Shown here in pieces: positions 8,594 through 19,563 of a stretch of 64,000 bases of DNA. How positions within the stretch are numbered: position 1 is the first letter of the stretch; each line of letters opens with the position of its first letter. The translations under genes were made by a program, and so were the position numbers. The notes beneath the pieces are model-generated. The model was not told where the DNA came from, searched no databases, and saw only the letters and a list, made by a program, of their open reading frames with translations. Source of the DNA: an uncultured Gemmatimonadota bacterium (lineage in GTDB: Bacteria > JAAXHH01); the NCBI GenBank assembly GCA_951812955.1, contig OX638340.1:2720001-2784000 (forward strand), in the 5' to 3' direction.

Positions 8594-9772
8594 TCAACCG
8601 GCGGCCGCGTCGCGCTCGTTCACTGTTCCCGCGTCCTCTTCCTCGGCGACCTGGCGGAGCAGGCTGGCAATCCGGCGCAGTCCCTCGTTCAGGTAGTCGG
8701 ACGGCAGGCCGTAGCTGATGCGGAGATGGTTAGGTATGCCGAAGTAGTCCCCTGGACCGATGAGCACCGACTTCTCCTGGATCAGTCGATTCGCCAGTGT
8801 CGCGGAATCGGCCTTCAGGTTGTACCGGACGAAGGAAACGGCCGTTGCCTGGGGCGGAACGAGACTCAGGATGTCCGAGTTGTCGCTGATCCAGCCGTGG
8901 TAGTTCTCCCATCCCCGCCGGATATAGCCCCGCGTCCTTTCGAAGATGGCCTGCCGCACGTCCGGGCGCAGCGCCAGCGGCGCGAGGAAATGGTTGGACA
9001 ACTTGGCGGTGCTCAAAGTCAGGTACTCGTGGCGCTTCCAAAGCTCCCTGAGCAGGTCTTCAGGACCCACGAGCCAGCCGATCCGCAGGCCGGGCATGCC
9101 GAAGGACTTGGACATGCTGCCCGCCGCGATGACCCGGTCGTACCGACCGTAGAAGGTGGGCGAAACCTCCTCCCGCTCCCGCTCGGACCCGGCGTAGATC
9201 TCGTCGGCGAGCAGGTAGGCGCCGCTGCGTTCGGCCGCGCGGACGACGGCGTCCATTTCGGATTCCGTCAGGATCTGCCCCGTCGGGTTGTTTGGGTTGC
9301 AGATGGAGATCAGTTTCGTTTCGTCAGATACGGCGGACTCCAGGCTGTCGGTATCGAGCGCCCATCCCCGGTCGGGATCGAGGGTGAACGTCCGGCGGAT
9401 GGCGCCCATGTTGTGCGCGAGCCCCCAACTCTGGAGGTAGCATGGCACCTGGACCGCCACCTCGCCCCCGCCTTCCAGCAGCGTCTGGAACGTGATGTAA
9501 TTGGCCTCGATGCATCCGATGGTCACCAGTACGTTATCGGCCGTGGCGCCGGGGTAGTACTGGGCAATGGCCTCCCGCAGTTCAGGCGAACCGTTGGCGT
9601 ATCCGTAGCCCAGTTCGGTATCCAGCATGCGGTCCAGGATATCGGGATCGTGGGCGATCAGTTCCCTGACCTTGACCGGGTGCGCGCCGCTCTCGGACAG
9701 GTTGTATTCCACGACCTGTTCCCAGTCCGACATGATGCGTTCCAGGTCAAAAGTCTGGAAGGTCGATGCCAT
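8594..9772 (-). CDS. Class I/II aminotransferase.
   Basis: SMSKSFGMPGLRIGW is the class-I aminotransferase PLP-lysine motif. ICNPNNPTG is the typical NPTG box. Confidence 0.8.
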   Translation of the reverse strand: MASTFQTFDLERIMSDWEQVVEYNLSESGAHPVKVRELIAHDPDILDRMLDTELGYGYANGSPELREAIAQYYPGATADNVLVTIGCIEANYITFQTLLEGGGEVAVQVPCYLQSWGLAHNMGAIRRTFTLDPDRGWALDTDSLESAVSDETKLISICNPNNPTGQILTESEMDAVVRAAERSGAYLLADEIYAGSEREREEVSPTFYGRYDRVIAAGSMSKSFGMPGLRIGWLVGPEDLLRELWKRHEYLTLSTAKLSNHFLAPLALRPDVRQAIFERTRGYIRRGWENYHGWISDNSDILSLVPPQATAVSFVRYNLKADSATLANRLIQEKSVLIGPGDYFGIPNHLRISYGLPSDYLNEGLRRIASLLRQVAEEEDAGTVNERDAAAG

Positions 9773-9927
9773 GTGCTTGCTCCTTGGTTTGATGGGCCGT
9801 CAGTGTTCGGTGCGCCGGCCATGTCGGCCTGCTAATCCGGTCAGCCTGGTCAGTGTGGCCGGCCAAGTCAGCCTGGCCGGCCGTGTCAGCCCGCCAGTCC
9901 GGCCGCTCGGTCATTCCGTCCGTCTGT

Positions 9928-10875
9928 CTACTTTACGGCGTGGTATACGGCCTTGGATATCTGGATATCCTGTACGGCGACGCCCGTCGAATCGGCGATC
10001 GTGATCTGGTCGTCGGAAGTGCGGCCGAGGGAAGGATTCTGAATCACGTTCCCGAGCTCGACCACCTTGTCCTCGGTTATGGCGCCCGCCATCATCGCCT
10101 GGGCGATCTCGCCCCGCAACCTGCACTGGGGGATGCTGTCCGCCACGACCACGTCGGCCTTTACGAGCACGCCTGGATCCAACTCGATCTTGTCCGGCGT
10201 ATCCGATCCCATGGCGGTGATGTGGGTCCCGGGCCGGACCTGCTCGGCGGTCAGCAGCGGCGACAGGGACGGGGTGGACATGATGATGAGATTGCTTGTC
10301 GCCGCCACCGCGCCGGCGTCATCCGTTGTCTCGACGGAGTATCCCTGGGCTTCCATGTCACGCATGTAGGACGCCTTGCTCTCGTCGGAACGTCCCCACG
10401 CGATCACGTCCGTGCAGTCGACGACACCCTTCAGGTACTCAACCTGCATGCGTGCCTGCAGGCCCGTACCGAAAACGCCGATGCGGCTGACGTTCTTCGG
10501 CGCGAGGACCTTGGCCACGACTGGCCCCATGGCGGCCGTACGTACGTTGGTGAGGTAGCCCTGGTCGAGCAGGAACGCCACCGGCTGGCCCGTTCTCTGA
10601 TTGAAGACCAGCATCATGCCCTGGACGCGGGGGAGGCCCACGTTCGGATTATCGCTGAAACCGGAGGCCAGCTTGATAACGTAATAGTCATCGTTGTTGA
10701 TCGCGCCGTACTTGATATGCACGTTCCCTGGAGGATCCTCGAAGTGCATCTCGCCGACGGGCGGCACCTGCACATTTCCCTGCGAATATGCGACGAAACC
10801 GTCCTCTATATCCTGAATGACGTCAATGCCCTCTACGGCTTCCTTGATTCGGTCCAGTTCGACGATGAGCGGCAT
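9928..10875 (-). CDS. Ornithine cyclodeaminase/mu-crystallin family NAD-dependent enzyme.
   Basis: 315 aa. The Rossmann segment IGVFGTGLQARMQVEYL and overall OCD-family layout are present. Co-directional with the upstream aminotransferases. Confidence 0.75.
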   Translation of the reverse strand: MPLIVELDRIKEAVEGIDVIQDIEDGFVAYSQGNVQVPPVGEMHFEDPPGNVHIKYGAINNDDYYVIKLASGFSDNPNVGLPRVQGMMLVFNQRTGQPVAFLLDQGYLTNVRTAAMGPVVAKVLAPKNVSRIGVFGTGLQARMQVEYLKGVVDCTDVIAWGRSDESKASYMRDMEAQGYSVETTDDAGAVAATSNLIIMSTPSLSPLLTAEQVRPGTHITAMGSDTPDKIELDPGVLVKADVVVADSIPQCRLRGEIAQAMMAGAITEDKVVELGNVIQNPSLGRTSDDQITIADSTGVAVQDIQISKAVYHAVK

Positions 10876-11084
10876 GGTTGAACTCCTCCTGGCAATCTGG
10901 TAAACCTGAGTATTTGCCCGGTGCGAAAGGCAATCCGGATTATTTATAAAAATGAGCAGACAAGTTAACGGATGCGCGGGCCGAAGTCAACCAAAACCGC
11001 GCGGATATCGCGCCCGGAACGACCTGCTCGGGCACGCCTGGACGCTCTCCGCAGTTCACCGGCAGGGCGGGGGATATTGTATTG

Positions 11085-11113
11085 ACAAAAACGGCTTCAT
11101 GTCTCACAATACG
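11085..11113 (+). promoter_or_regulatory. Sigma-70-like promoter (TTGACA - 17 nt - CACAAT) upstream of the ABC ATPase gene.
   Basis: ttgacaaaaacggcttcatgtctcacaat was read directly, about 45 nt upstream of the ATG at 11158, and follows an AT-rich stretch. Confidence 0.4.
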
Positions 11114-11157
11114 GGAGTCTTCCCTACATGCCGGCAGGTCCCAGGAGGAGTACTTAC

Positions 11158-12258
<1,101 letters not shown>

Positions 12259-12274
12259 CCGCGGGGCGCCGCCT

Positions 12275-12350
12275 GGTCCAGTTCACCCCGGGTCTCCCGT
12301 ATGATCATGCACCGGTCCAGTTCACCCCGGGCCTCCCGTTTTATCCCGCA
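12275..12350. repeat. Imperfect ~37-bp direct repeat x2 (ggtccagttcaccccgggYctcccgt...) followed by a hairpin (ccgcacc ... ggtgcgg) in a convergent intergenic region.
   Basis: Read directly between the ABC ATPase stop (12258) and the DUF58 gene end (12404). Confidence 0.5.
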
Positions 12351-12403
12351 CCGGACTTTCCCTTCCAACGGTGCGGCCCCCGTTACCGTATGAGAAGCCG
12401 GCG

Positions 12404-13348
12404 TCAGCCCAGGTGGGCGCGTTTGGCGAGGAAGGTCAACAGGGCCTGGTCGAAGGGCGTGCCCGTATCCAGGCTGAGATAGTCCGCCGCGTTTTCCCGA
12501 CAGACACGGGTATAAACTTCGTCCTGCTTCTCCAGGTCGCCCAGGTACGCTTCGCGGATCGCATGCGGGTGGGTATATACTTCTTCACCGGTTTCCATGT
12601 CGCGGAAGCGGGCGGGCTGCCGGAATGTAAAGTCCTTCTCGGCGGGATCAAGGAGGCGAAATACGATCACTTCATGCTTCCGATGGCGAAAATGCCGGAT
12701 GCTGTCGACGATGTCCCCGGGTTCGTCGAACAAATCGGAAATGACGATGATCAACCCGCGCCGCTTGATCCGTTCCGCCAGCGAGTGAAAGGTCGCCCGG
12801 CTTCGTGTTCCGGACCCGGGCACCGCGGCTTGCAGCCGCTGCAGAATGACGTGCAGATGATTGCGGACCGACCGCGGTGGCACGTATTGCCTTATCTGCT
12901 CGTCGTACAGCACCAGGCCCACCGAGTCCTGCTGGCTCAGCATGAGGTAGGTGAGGGCGGCCGCCAGGTACCTGCCGTACTCCAGTTTGCTTATACCCGC
13001 GGATCCGTATTCCATCGACGCGCTGACGTCCAGGAAGATATAGGATTTCAGATTGGTTTCTTCTTCATATTCCTTGATATAATACCTGTCGGATTTAGCG
13101 AAGACCTTCCAGTCGATATGCTTGATCGGATCGCCCGGCATGTACTGCCTGTGTTCCGCGTATTCGACGCTGAACCCATGGTAGGGGCTGCTGTGCAGTC
13201 CGGCGATGAACCCTTCCACGACCAGTCGCGCCTTAAGGTCCAACCGGGCGAGCCGGGACACGGTCATCGGATCGAGGTATTTGCGGTAATCGGGCGTATT
13301 CATGGTTATTGGCAGGCGTGAAGAGGGATCAGGAGCCTGTCGTTTCAT
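12404..13348 (-). CDS. DUF58 (VWA-like) protein, partner of the MoxR ATPase.
   Basis: HIDWKVFAKSDRYYIKEYEEETN and LIIVISDLFD are DUF58 hallmarks. The gene lies immediately downstream of a MoxR gene. An alternative ATG start is at 13303. Confidence 0.7.
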   Translation of the reverse strand: MKRQAPDPSSRLPITMNTPDYRKYLDPMTVSRLARLDLKARLVVEGFIAGLHSSPYHGFSVEYAEHRQYMPGDPIKHIDWKVFAKSDRYYIKEYEEETNLKSYIFLDVSASMEYGSAGISKLEYGRYLAAALTYLMLSQQDSVGLVLYDEQIRQYVPPRSVRNHLHVILQRLQAAVPGSGTRSRATFHSLAERIKRRGLIIVISDLFDEPGDIVDSIRHFRHRKHEVIVFRLLDPAEKDFTFRQPARFRDMETGEEVYTHPHAIREAYLGDLEKQDEVYTRVCRENAADYLSLDTGTPFDQALLTFLAKRAHLG

Positions 13349-14333
13349 CCATCAGTTGCGTGATGATGTCGTCGGCGGAGACTCCGTCCGCGTCGGCGTT
13401 GAAATTGGTCACGATGCGGTGCCTGAGCACGGGCAGCGCCAGGGCGCGCACGTCTTCCGGAGTGGGCGTATAGTTTCCCATGAGCACCGCCCGGGCCTTC
13501 GCGCCGAGGATCAGGTACTGGGAGGCCCGGGGTCCGGCGCCCCAGCTGACCCGTTCGCGGATGAAAGGTGGCGCGTCCGTCTCGTTCGGACGGGTCATGC
13601 GGGCCAGCGAAACGGCGTACTCGACGACGTGGTCCGCCACGGGCACTCTTCGGATCAGCTGTTGCAGTTTATTCACGTCGTCCCCCGTCAGGATATGTTC
13701 CGGCACGGCCTCCTGAACGCTCGTCGTACTCCGGGCGATTTCGATTTCTTCGGTGCGGGACGGATAATCCATGTAGATACTGAACATGAAACGGTCCAAT
13801 TGGGCCTCGGGCAGGGGATAGGTTCCTTCCTGCTCGATGGGGTTTTGGGTCGCCAGGACGAAAAACGGCTCGTCGAGCCGCATGGATTCCCCCGCGGCAG
13901 TCACTTCGTGTTCCTGCATCGCCTGCAATAGGGCCGCCTGCGTCTTGGGCGGCGTGCGGTTTACCTCGTCCGCCAGAATCACGTTCGCGAAAATCGGCCC
14001 GCGGATAAACTTGAACTCCCGGTGACCGGTCGACCGATCCTCTTCCAGGATTTCCGTTCCCGTGATGTCGGACGGCATCAGGTCCGGCGTGAACTGAATG
14101 CGGCTGAACTTGAGATCGAGCGTCCTGGAAAGCGTGTTGATCAGGAGCGTCTTGGCCAGTCCCGGAACGCCGATCAGCAGTGCGTGGCCGTTTGCCAGTA
14201 GGACGGTCAGGAGCTGCTGTACCACCTCCTGCTGACCGATGATGACCTTGGATATTTCAGCCCTTATGCGATCTCCCGCCTCCTGTAATTCCTCGACGAT
14301 TTCCAGATCGCCGTGCCGCTGTTCGTCTGCCAT
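13329..14333 (-). CDS. MoxR-family AAA+ ATPase.
   Basis: Walker A GVPGLAKT, ILADEVNRTPPKTQAALLQAMQE and FFVLATQNP are MoxR signatures. Confidence 0.85.
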   Translation of the reverse strand: MADEQRHGDLEIVEELQEAGDRIRAEISKVIIGQQEVVQQLLTVLLANGHALLIGVPGLAKTLLINTLSRTLDLKFSRIQFTPDLMPSDITGTEILEEDRSTGHREFKFIRGPIFANVILADEVNRTPPKTQAALLQAMQEHEVTAAGESMRLDEPFFVLATQNPIEQEGTYPLPEAQLDRFMFSIYMDYPSRTEEIEIARSTTSVQEAVPEHILTGDDVNKLQQLIRRVPVADHVVEYAVSLARMTRPNETDAPPFIRERVSWGAGPRASQYLILGAKARAVLMGNYTPTPEDVRALALPVLRHRIVTNFNADADGVSADDIITQLMDETTGS

Positions 14334-14564
14334 TTATGTTTCCTTGGTGGTTAGTCCCGCGCAACGCATGAGCGTTTGAGATGCTCCGGGTGCCGGTAGA
14401 CCGGACTGCCCCGATTCGACGCCCGTCAAGATACAGGGGGGTGAAGCCGCCAATCAAGTAGAATAGAAACCAGCCGCCCGGTCCCGGGATGCCCGCAGCG
14501 GGCACTTTCGACGGGGATTCCCGTACGGAACCCAAGTTCCTTCGGATCGGACGATTGCGGCCGG

Positions 14565-15656
14565 TCAATCTTCCCAGGCCGTCCGGGGACCGTCCACGTA
14601 ATCCAGGTACCGGTCCGCGACGGCCGCCTCGTGCGAATCGCCGGTGTGAATGACGACGCGCCATCGGAAGGTGGTTTCTGAATCCGCCGCGCAGTGGTGG
14701 TCGTCCCAGACCATCCAGCAATTCGCGGCGAACAGTCCATACCCTCTCACGTGCCAGGCTGTGGGGTACCGGAGGTTGTCCGAGTGGTCGAAGACGGCGA
14801 AGCCCGCGGTCTCGTCTCCCACCGGGCCGCAGTAGTCCATCCAGTGCGCCCGCCGGGACCAGCAACCGGTCTCGTCGTCCGCGCCGTAGACGTTGCGCAT
14901 CCGGCCGTCGCCCGAGGCGTTCATGGAGGGGTTGACGCGGATGCTCAGGAACCCGCCCTCTTTCGTGGAACCGATGGTGACGGGACCCCGATCGGCGAGG
15001 AGGGTGAAGAGGACGTCCAGTACCACGGCGTCGCGCCCGGTGTCGAAGAGGCGGTACCACCTGCGGTCGGACATCAGCGGCCGTTCTCCCTCGTACCAGG
15101 TGTTGCCCGTGGCGATGGTAAGCGACAGGGGGCCCTGATGGATCGACATTTCGTCCTGTACGGTCCGTCCGAACCCTGGCCGGTCGAACTCTCCCCAGCA
15201 ATCCACCCCGTTGATGGCGCCCTGCATCAGGGTGAGACCCCGCTGCCAGGGATGCTCCCCCTCGCTGTAAGCCGGCAGGGGTTCCCTCAGCATGTTGACG
15301 CCCCCCGGCGTAAGAATGGGATTGATGAAGGGCTTGGGATATCCGGCGCCGTGGTGAAAGGTCATGAACGGCGATTCGCCCAGAGACACTTCCACCCGGT
15401 CCTCACGGCAAACATGTTCAATGCCGCAGCGGGGCGCCGTGTTCTTGGCGGCTGCCGCGACCCAGGTTGAGACCTCGCCCACTTCCATCGATGGCAGGAT
15501 GGCGTGATATATGGCGGACAGGGGATCCCGTTCGGCGAAAAGGGTGGAACCGCCGCTTCCGGTAAGCCGAAGCACCGGCGCGTTACAACCATCGGGCGCC
15601 GGTATGGCAGCCAGTTGTTCTCTTCTGGATCGCGGCGAAGTCAGGGTCAGTTTCAT
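14565..15656 (-). CDS. Hypothetical protein, possibly of the PmoA-like/DUF6807 family.
   Basis: Protein-like composition. ORF track starts at 15752, but an ATG at 15656 (MKLTLTSPRS) is more plausible. Family is suggested only by resemblance (WHVRGYGLFAAN). Confidence 0.4.
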   Translation of the reverse strand: MKLTLTSPRSRREQLAAIPAPDGCNAPVLRLTGSGGSTLFAERDPLSAIYHAILPSMEVGEVSTWVAAAAKNTAPRCGIEHVCREDRVEVSLGESPFMTFHHGAGYPKPFINPILTPGGVNMLREPLPAYSEGEHPWQRGLTLMQGAINGVDCWGEFDRPGFGRTVQDEMSIHQGPLSLTIATGNTWYEGERPLMSDRRWYRLFDTGRDAVVLDVLFTLLADRGPVTIGSTKEGGFLSIRVNPSMNASGDGRMRNVYGADDETGCWSRRAHWMDYCGPVGDETAGFAVFDHSDNLRYPTAWHVRGYGLFAANCWMVWDDHHCAADSETTFRWRVVIHTGDSHEAAVADRYLDYVDGPRTAWED

Positions 15657-15812
15657 GAAACGTATCGCTCCCTTGTTTAAACGTGTCGTTTCCTTGTATG
15701 GTTTATCGTATTTGCCCGGTTCCGTGGCGCGGACACGTACTCGTAAAAACATCGCATTCCGGAAATCTGCACGGCCCGGCGTCCTGGCAGTAAGGGAAAA
15801 GCCCGGTATCCC

Positions 15813-17183
15813 TTACTTCAATGTGGCGATCATGCGCTCCCGTACCAGGGACCGTATCACGTCGTCGAAAGCGTCGAGGGTCAACGCGATGTCCTCGTCG
15901 GTATGGGCGGAGGAGGTGACGCCGCCCGTGTAGGAGACCAGGTCGATGCCTCGGGCGAGCAGCATCTTCTGGAAGGCGGCGACCACGGGAGCCGGGATCC
16001 CTTTAAGGACGTTCACGTCGCGGGTGACCAGCCGTTCCCGGCCAGAAGCGCCGCTTCCCGGGAAGGCCTCCAGGTAGACGTGGAAGATGGACACGTCCCC
16101 GTAAACGTAACCGGCGACGCCTTCCTCGCGGAGGATGTCGTCCATGCCCTGCCGGAGCCGTTCGGCCAGCCGGTTCGCCCGTTCGTGCGGCAGACCGGTG
16201 GCCACGCGTTTCAGGGTGGCGATGCCGGCGGCCGTGGATACCGGGTTGGCGTTGAAGGTTCCCAGGTGATGGACCCGTTCGTACCGGTCCCGGTGTGCGT
16301 CACCTGTGTAGTCGAACACTTCCATGATGTCGGCACGGCCGGCGACCACGCCGCCCGGCATGCCGCCGGCCACGATCTTGCCGTGAAAACTCATGTCCGG
16401 CGTGATCCCCGAGTATTCCTGGTAGCCTCCAGGCGCGTAACGGAACCCCGTAATGACCTCGTCGTAGATCAGGAGCACGCCGGCCGCACGGGTCAGATCG
16501 CGGAGTTTCTCATTGAACTCCACGGACAGGGGTCCGGTACCCCAGGAGGCACCTGACGGCTCCAGCATGACGGCGGCGATATCCCGGTCCTTCTCCAGTA
16601 CTTCGGCCACGCGGTCGAGTTCCGCCGGGATAACCTCGATCGTATCGAGCACGGCCGGAGGGATGCCCGCCGAGACTGGCTGGTCGAAGGGGATCATGGC
16701 CCCCTTGCCCACCCCGTCGTGCCATCCGCTGAAATGTCCCTCGAAGCGCAGCACCCTGGTCTTTCCTGTGTAGGCCCGGGCAACGCGGAGCGCGAGCATG
16801 CTTCCCTCGGACCCCGAGTTCACGAAACGCACGCGTTCGGCGCAGGGGACCAGCTTCCGGATCAGTTCGGCCCACTCCAGTTGCATCGGGTGGTCGTTCC
16901 CGAAATGAAAGCCGAGTTCGAGGGCGTCGCCCATGGCCCGGCACACATCCGGCGGAGCGTGACCCAGCAGCAGCGCGGCGTTCCCCATGCCGTAGTCGAT
17001 GTATTCACGGCCGTCCTCGTCCCACTTGCGTGAGCGTGCCGCATGGGACATGTACAATGGCAGGGGATGGCCTCTGCGCAGGTCGTGACCCACACCGCCG
17101 GCCAGCGATTCCATCGCACGCGAATACAGTTCCACGGACCGCGGCCGGGTCTTCCGAAGCGCTTCGATTTTTGCGTCACCCAT
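15813..17183 (-). CDS. Class III aminotransferase of the glutamate-1-semialdehyde 2,1-aminomutase family.
   Basis: GSEGSMLALRVARAYTG, YDEVITGFR and a PLP-lysine context (SFHGKIVAGG) are present. The track's start at 17189 is TTG. An in-frame ATG is at 17181-17183. Confidence 0.8.
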   Translation of the reverse strand: MGDAKIEALRKTRPRSVELYSRAMESLAGGVGHDLRRGHPLPLYMSHAARSRKWDEDGREYIDYGMGNAALLLGHAPPDVCRAMGDALELGFHFGNDHPMQLEWAELIRKLVPCAERVRFVNSGSEGSMLALRVARAYTGKTRVLRFEGHFSGWHDGVGKGAMIPFDQPVSAGIPPAVLDTIEVIPAELDRVAEVLEKDRDIAAVMLEPSGASWGTGPLSVEFNEKLRDLTRAAGVLLIYDEVITGFRYAPGGYQEYSGITPDMSFHGKIVAGGMPGGVVAGRADIMEVFDYTGDAHRDRYERVHHLGTFNANPVSTAAGIATLKRVATGLPHERANRLAERLRQGMDDILREEGVAGYVYGDVSIFHVYLEAFPGSGASGRERLVTRDVNVLKGIPAPVVAAFQKMLLARGIDLVSYTGGVTSSAHTDEDIALTLDAFDDVIRSLVRERMIATLK

Positions 17184-17268
17184 GTGCAATCCTCACTTGA
17201 GCCGTACGACCGTGATGAGGCCGGAACCGCTAATCGCTTCAACCACTTTGCCGGGTACGAGCGGACAA

Positions 17269-18708
17269 TCAGCGCAACCTTTCAATCAACGCCAGCGTGC
17301 GGTCGACGACCCGCCGCTCCGAATCCGGGTGGATGGCCGTGGGCATGCTGTAGGCCTGGAACAGCAGATCGGGTACGCCGTACCAGCGCTTGCGAATGTC
17401 CCAGCCGCCCGCTGGGAAATCCTCCGCCCTGGGTAGGTAACATACGCATCCGTTGGTGTAACCCAGCGCCAGGGTATGGAGGAAAGGCGAACCGGCCTTG
17501 ATGGCCAGGCCGGTTTCGAAAAAGGTCTCCGTGCTGTTCGCGGCCAGGACGATATCGTTGATTCGTATGGCCTGGACCACGACGTCGATCGAAGCGCCAC
17601 CGGCTTCGACGGCGGCGACGAGCCGGTCGCTCCAGTCCGCGAATCTGGTGGTCACGAGGAATTCCCATACTTCGCCTCCCCGGGAGGCGACCGTATCCCG
17701 GGCCTGGTGACATTCCGCCCTGATGGCCAGGGCATCGGAGTGCGGGGGCAGGTCGATGAACCCGAGCGAAAGGCTTTCGTCCGCGGCGGCCAGAACGGTG
17801 CATGTTGCGCCGGTGACCGGTTCCCAGGGCCAGACCGAAATGCGGGAAAGCGATCCCATGCGCCGGCGTTCCCCGCGCTTCCTGTGCGTGTGGATCGCCG
17901 CGGCGGTCTTGACGACTTCGGCCCCCAGCGTGGACCCGATACGGTCTTTTTCGTCCCTGCAGTCGGCCTCCATGATCAGGCCGCCCCGCGGCATGATGTT
18001 CCCGCCGCACCCCTGGAGAAAGAGCGAAAGCCCCCCGATCGCGTTTTCGACCAGGGTCCTCGCCGCGCCCGGGAAATCGGGCGAAGCCACCATGGACCGG
18101 GGTCCTATGGTCACCGGGTGGCATCCGTAGGAGAACACGGTGGCAATGGGACGGCCATCCAGATTGTCCACGCGCAGGACACCCACGTCCGGATCGGTCG
18201 AATGACCGGGTACTTCGCCGAGGAAAACCTCGCCGTCGGGATCGGTTTCTCGGCGGTATACCCCGATGCCGCATTCGCCCCGTCCCGCGCCGATGCGCGC
18301 AGGAACCTTTCGTTCGTCCGCTTCCCGCGCCGCCTCCTCGATCCAGCCGCACAGGTCATCCTGGTAACGGGCCTGCAGGGCGATCTGCTCGGGTTCATCG
18401 GGGAACCACTCCGGCATGGCGGGCGAACTGTGGGTGTGGTTCAGGTTGATCATGACGTGGGAGGAGGCGGTTCCCACCGCTTCGGCAACGCGTTCCCGCA
18501 GACCGTTCATCACGGGCAGGTCCATCCACCCGGTATCCGAGGCGACGATCACGACCTTCGCCTTTCCGTCCGAAAGGACCAGCGCCGTGGCCGACAGGTC
18601 GCTTTCGATCGCCTGGACGACCCCTTCCCTCGAACTGAAGCCGAAGGTCCGGATACCCCGTGGGGGATTGATCACGCGCCGGGCGGCGCCGGCGTAAAGG
18701 TCAGGCAT
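17269..18708 (-). CDS. Hydrolase resembling neutral/alkaline ceramidase family proteins.
   Basis: 479-aa ORF with protein-like composition. The N-terminal layout (AARRVINPP...VLSDGKAKVVIVASD) resembles ceramidase_alk N-termini. This is a resemblance-only call. Confidence 0.4.
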   Translation of the reverse strand: MPDLYAGAARRVINPPRGIRTFGFSSREGVVQAIESDLSATALVLSDGKAKVVIVASDTGWMDLPVMNGLRERVAEAVGTASSHVMINLNHTHSSPAMPEWFPDEPEQIALQARYQDDLCGWIEEAAREADERKVPARIGAGRGECGIGVYRRETDPDGEVFLGEVPGHSTDPDVGVLRVDNLDGRPIATVFSYGCHPVTIGPRSMVASPDFPGAARTLVENAIGGLSLFLQGCGGNIMPRGGLIMEADCRDEKDRIGSTLGAEVVKTAAAIHTHRKRGERRRMGSLSRISVWPWEPVTGATCTVLAAADESLSLGFIDLPPHSDALAIRAECHQARDTVASRGGEVWEFLVTTRFADWSDRLVAAVEAGGASIDVVVQAIRINDIVLAANSTETFFETGLAIKAGSPFLHTLALGYTNGCVCYLPRAEDFPAGGWDIRKRWYGVPDLLFQAYSMPTAIHPDSERRVVDRTLALIERLR

Positions 18709-18714
18709 GTCGCG

Positions 18715-19563
18715 TTATACCGGCACATGCGGTTGCATGAGGTCTTTCGTGAAGATGGTCTCGGTCAGGCAGTCGACCTGGTTGCAGTCGAACCACGTCA
18801 TGTACACGAATTCGATGGACAGGCAGCCGCCGTAGTCCAGCCGTTCGAGCCGCCGGGCAATGTCCACGAAATCGATGGTGTTCTCGTCGAGCCTGGACTG
18901 CAGTTTCCCGGGCCGCGCCGCACGGATGTGGAAATGGTCGGTATGGGCGAGGAGCGGGTGGATCCGTTCCTCGGGGATGTACTGCATGACGAAGTGCGAG
19001 TAATCCAGGGTGACCGTGGCCCGCGGCGCCCGCTCCAGCAGGGCCAGCGCCCGTTCCGGCGTGTCGACGACGGACTGTACGTGGGGTTCGAAGCGGACCG
19101 TGACTTCCCGTTCTCCCGCCAGTTCGGCCAATTCGTTCATGGCTTCCACGGCCGTATCGAGATTCTCCTCGAAGGAACGATCCGGGTGGTGCATGCCCGG
19201 ACTGATCGTGAATCCCGGGATGCCTACGGCCTCGCAGAAGCGGATGATCCCCTCGAATGATGTCCTGTTCAGCTTCCTCACCGCCGGGTCCGGGGCATTG
19301 AAGGACCGCTCGTCGAGAGATGCGCCGAACTGGGGAAAGTAATCGACGGCCTCCAGTTCGTATTTCGCCAGCAGGCGTTTGACCCGGTTCGCGTGACTCA
19401 GCGGGTCCGCACCCACTTCGTCCGGTTCCAGGCTGCATCGGCCCCGGTCGTGGAATCCGGCGATGTCCACCCCCTTGAAACCGATGGCCCGGGCCAGCGC
19501 GAACGTGCCTTCCAGGTCCAGGTATTCGAAGGAATGGTTGCTAAGCGTCAGCCGCATCGGCAA
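18715..19563 (-). CDS. Sugar phosphate isomerase/epimerase (xylose isomerase-like TIM barrel).
   Basis: 282 aa. Characteristic metal-site residues are spread over the barrel (E in FEPH, HxD, IEF). Confidence 0.7.
   Translation of the reverse strand: MPMRLTLSNHSFEYLDLEGTFALARAIGFKGVDIAGFHDRGRCSLEPDEVGADPLSHANRVKRLLAKYELEAVDYFPQFGASLDERSFNAPDPAVRKLNRTSFEGIIRFCEAVGIPGFTISPGMHHPDRSFEENLDTAVEAMNELAELAGEREVTVRFEPHVQSVVDTPERALALLERAPRATVTLDYSHFVMQYIPEERIHPLLAHTDHFHIRAARPGKLQSRLDENTIDFVDIARRLERLDYGGCLSIEFVYMTWFDCNQVDCLTETIFTKDLMQPHVPV

Noticed and set aside
7481-9835. 784-aa plus-strand ORF spanning two aminotransferase genes.
   Set aside because: Composition dominated by G/A/V/D/R with no motifs, as is typical of antisense frames in high-GC DNA. 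The minus-strand genes have clear PLP-enzyme signatures.
9853-10881. 342-aa plus-strand ORF.
   Set aside because: Antisense to the OCD-family gene. No motifs.
17476-19260. 594-aa plus-strand ORF.
   Set aside because: Antisense to the ceramidase-like and isomerase genes. Low-complexity GC-driven composition.
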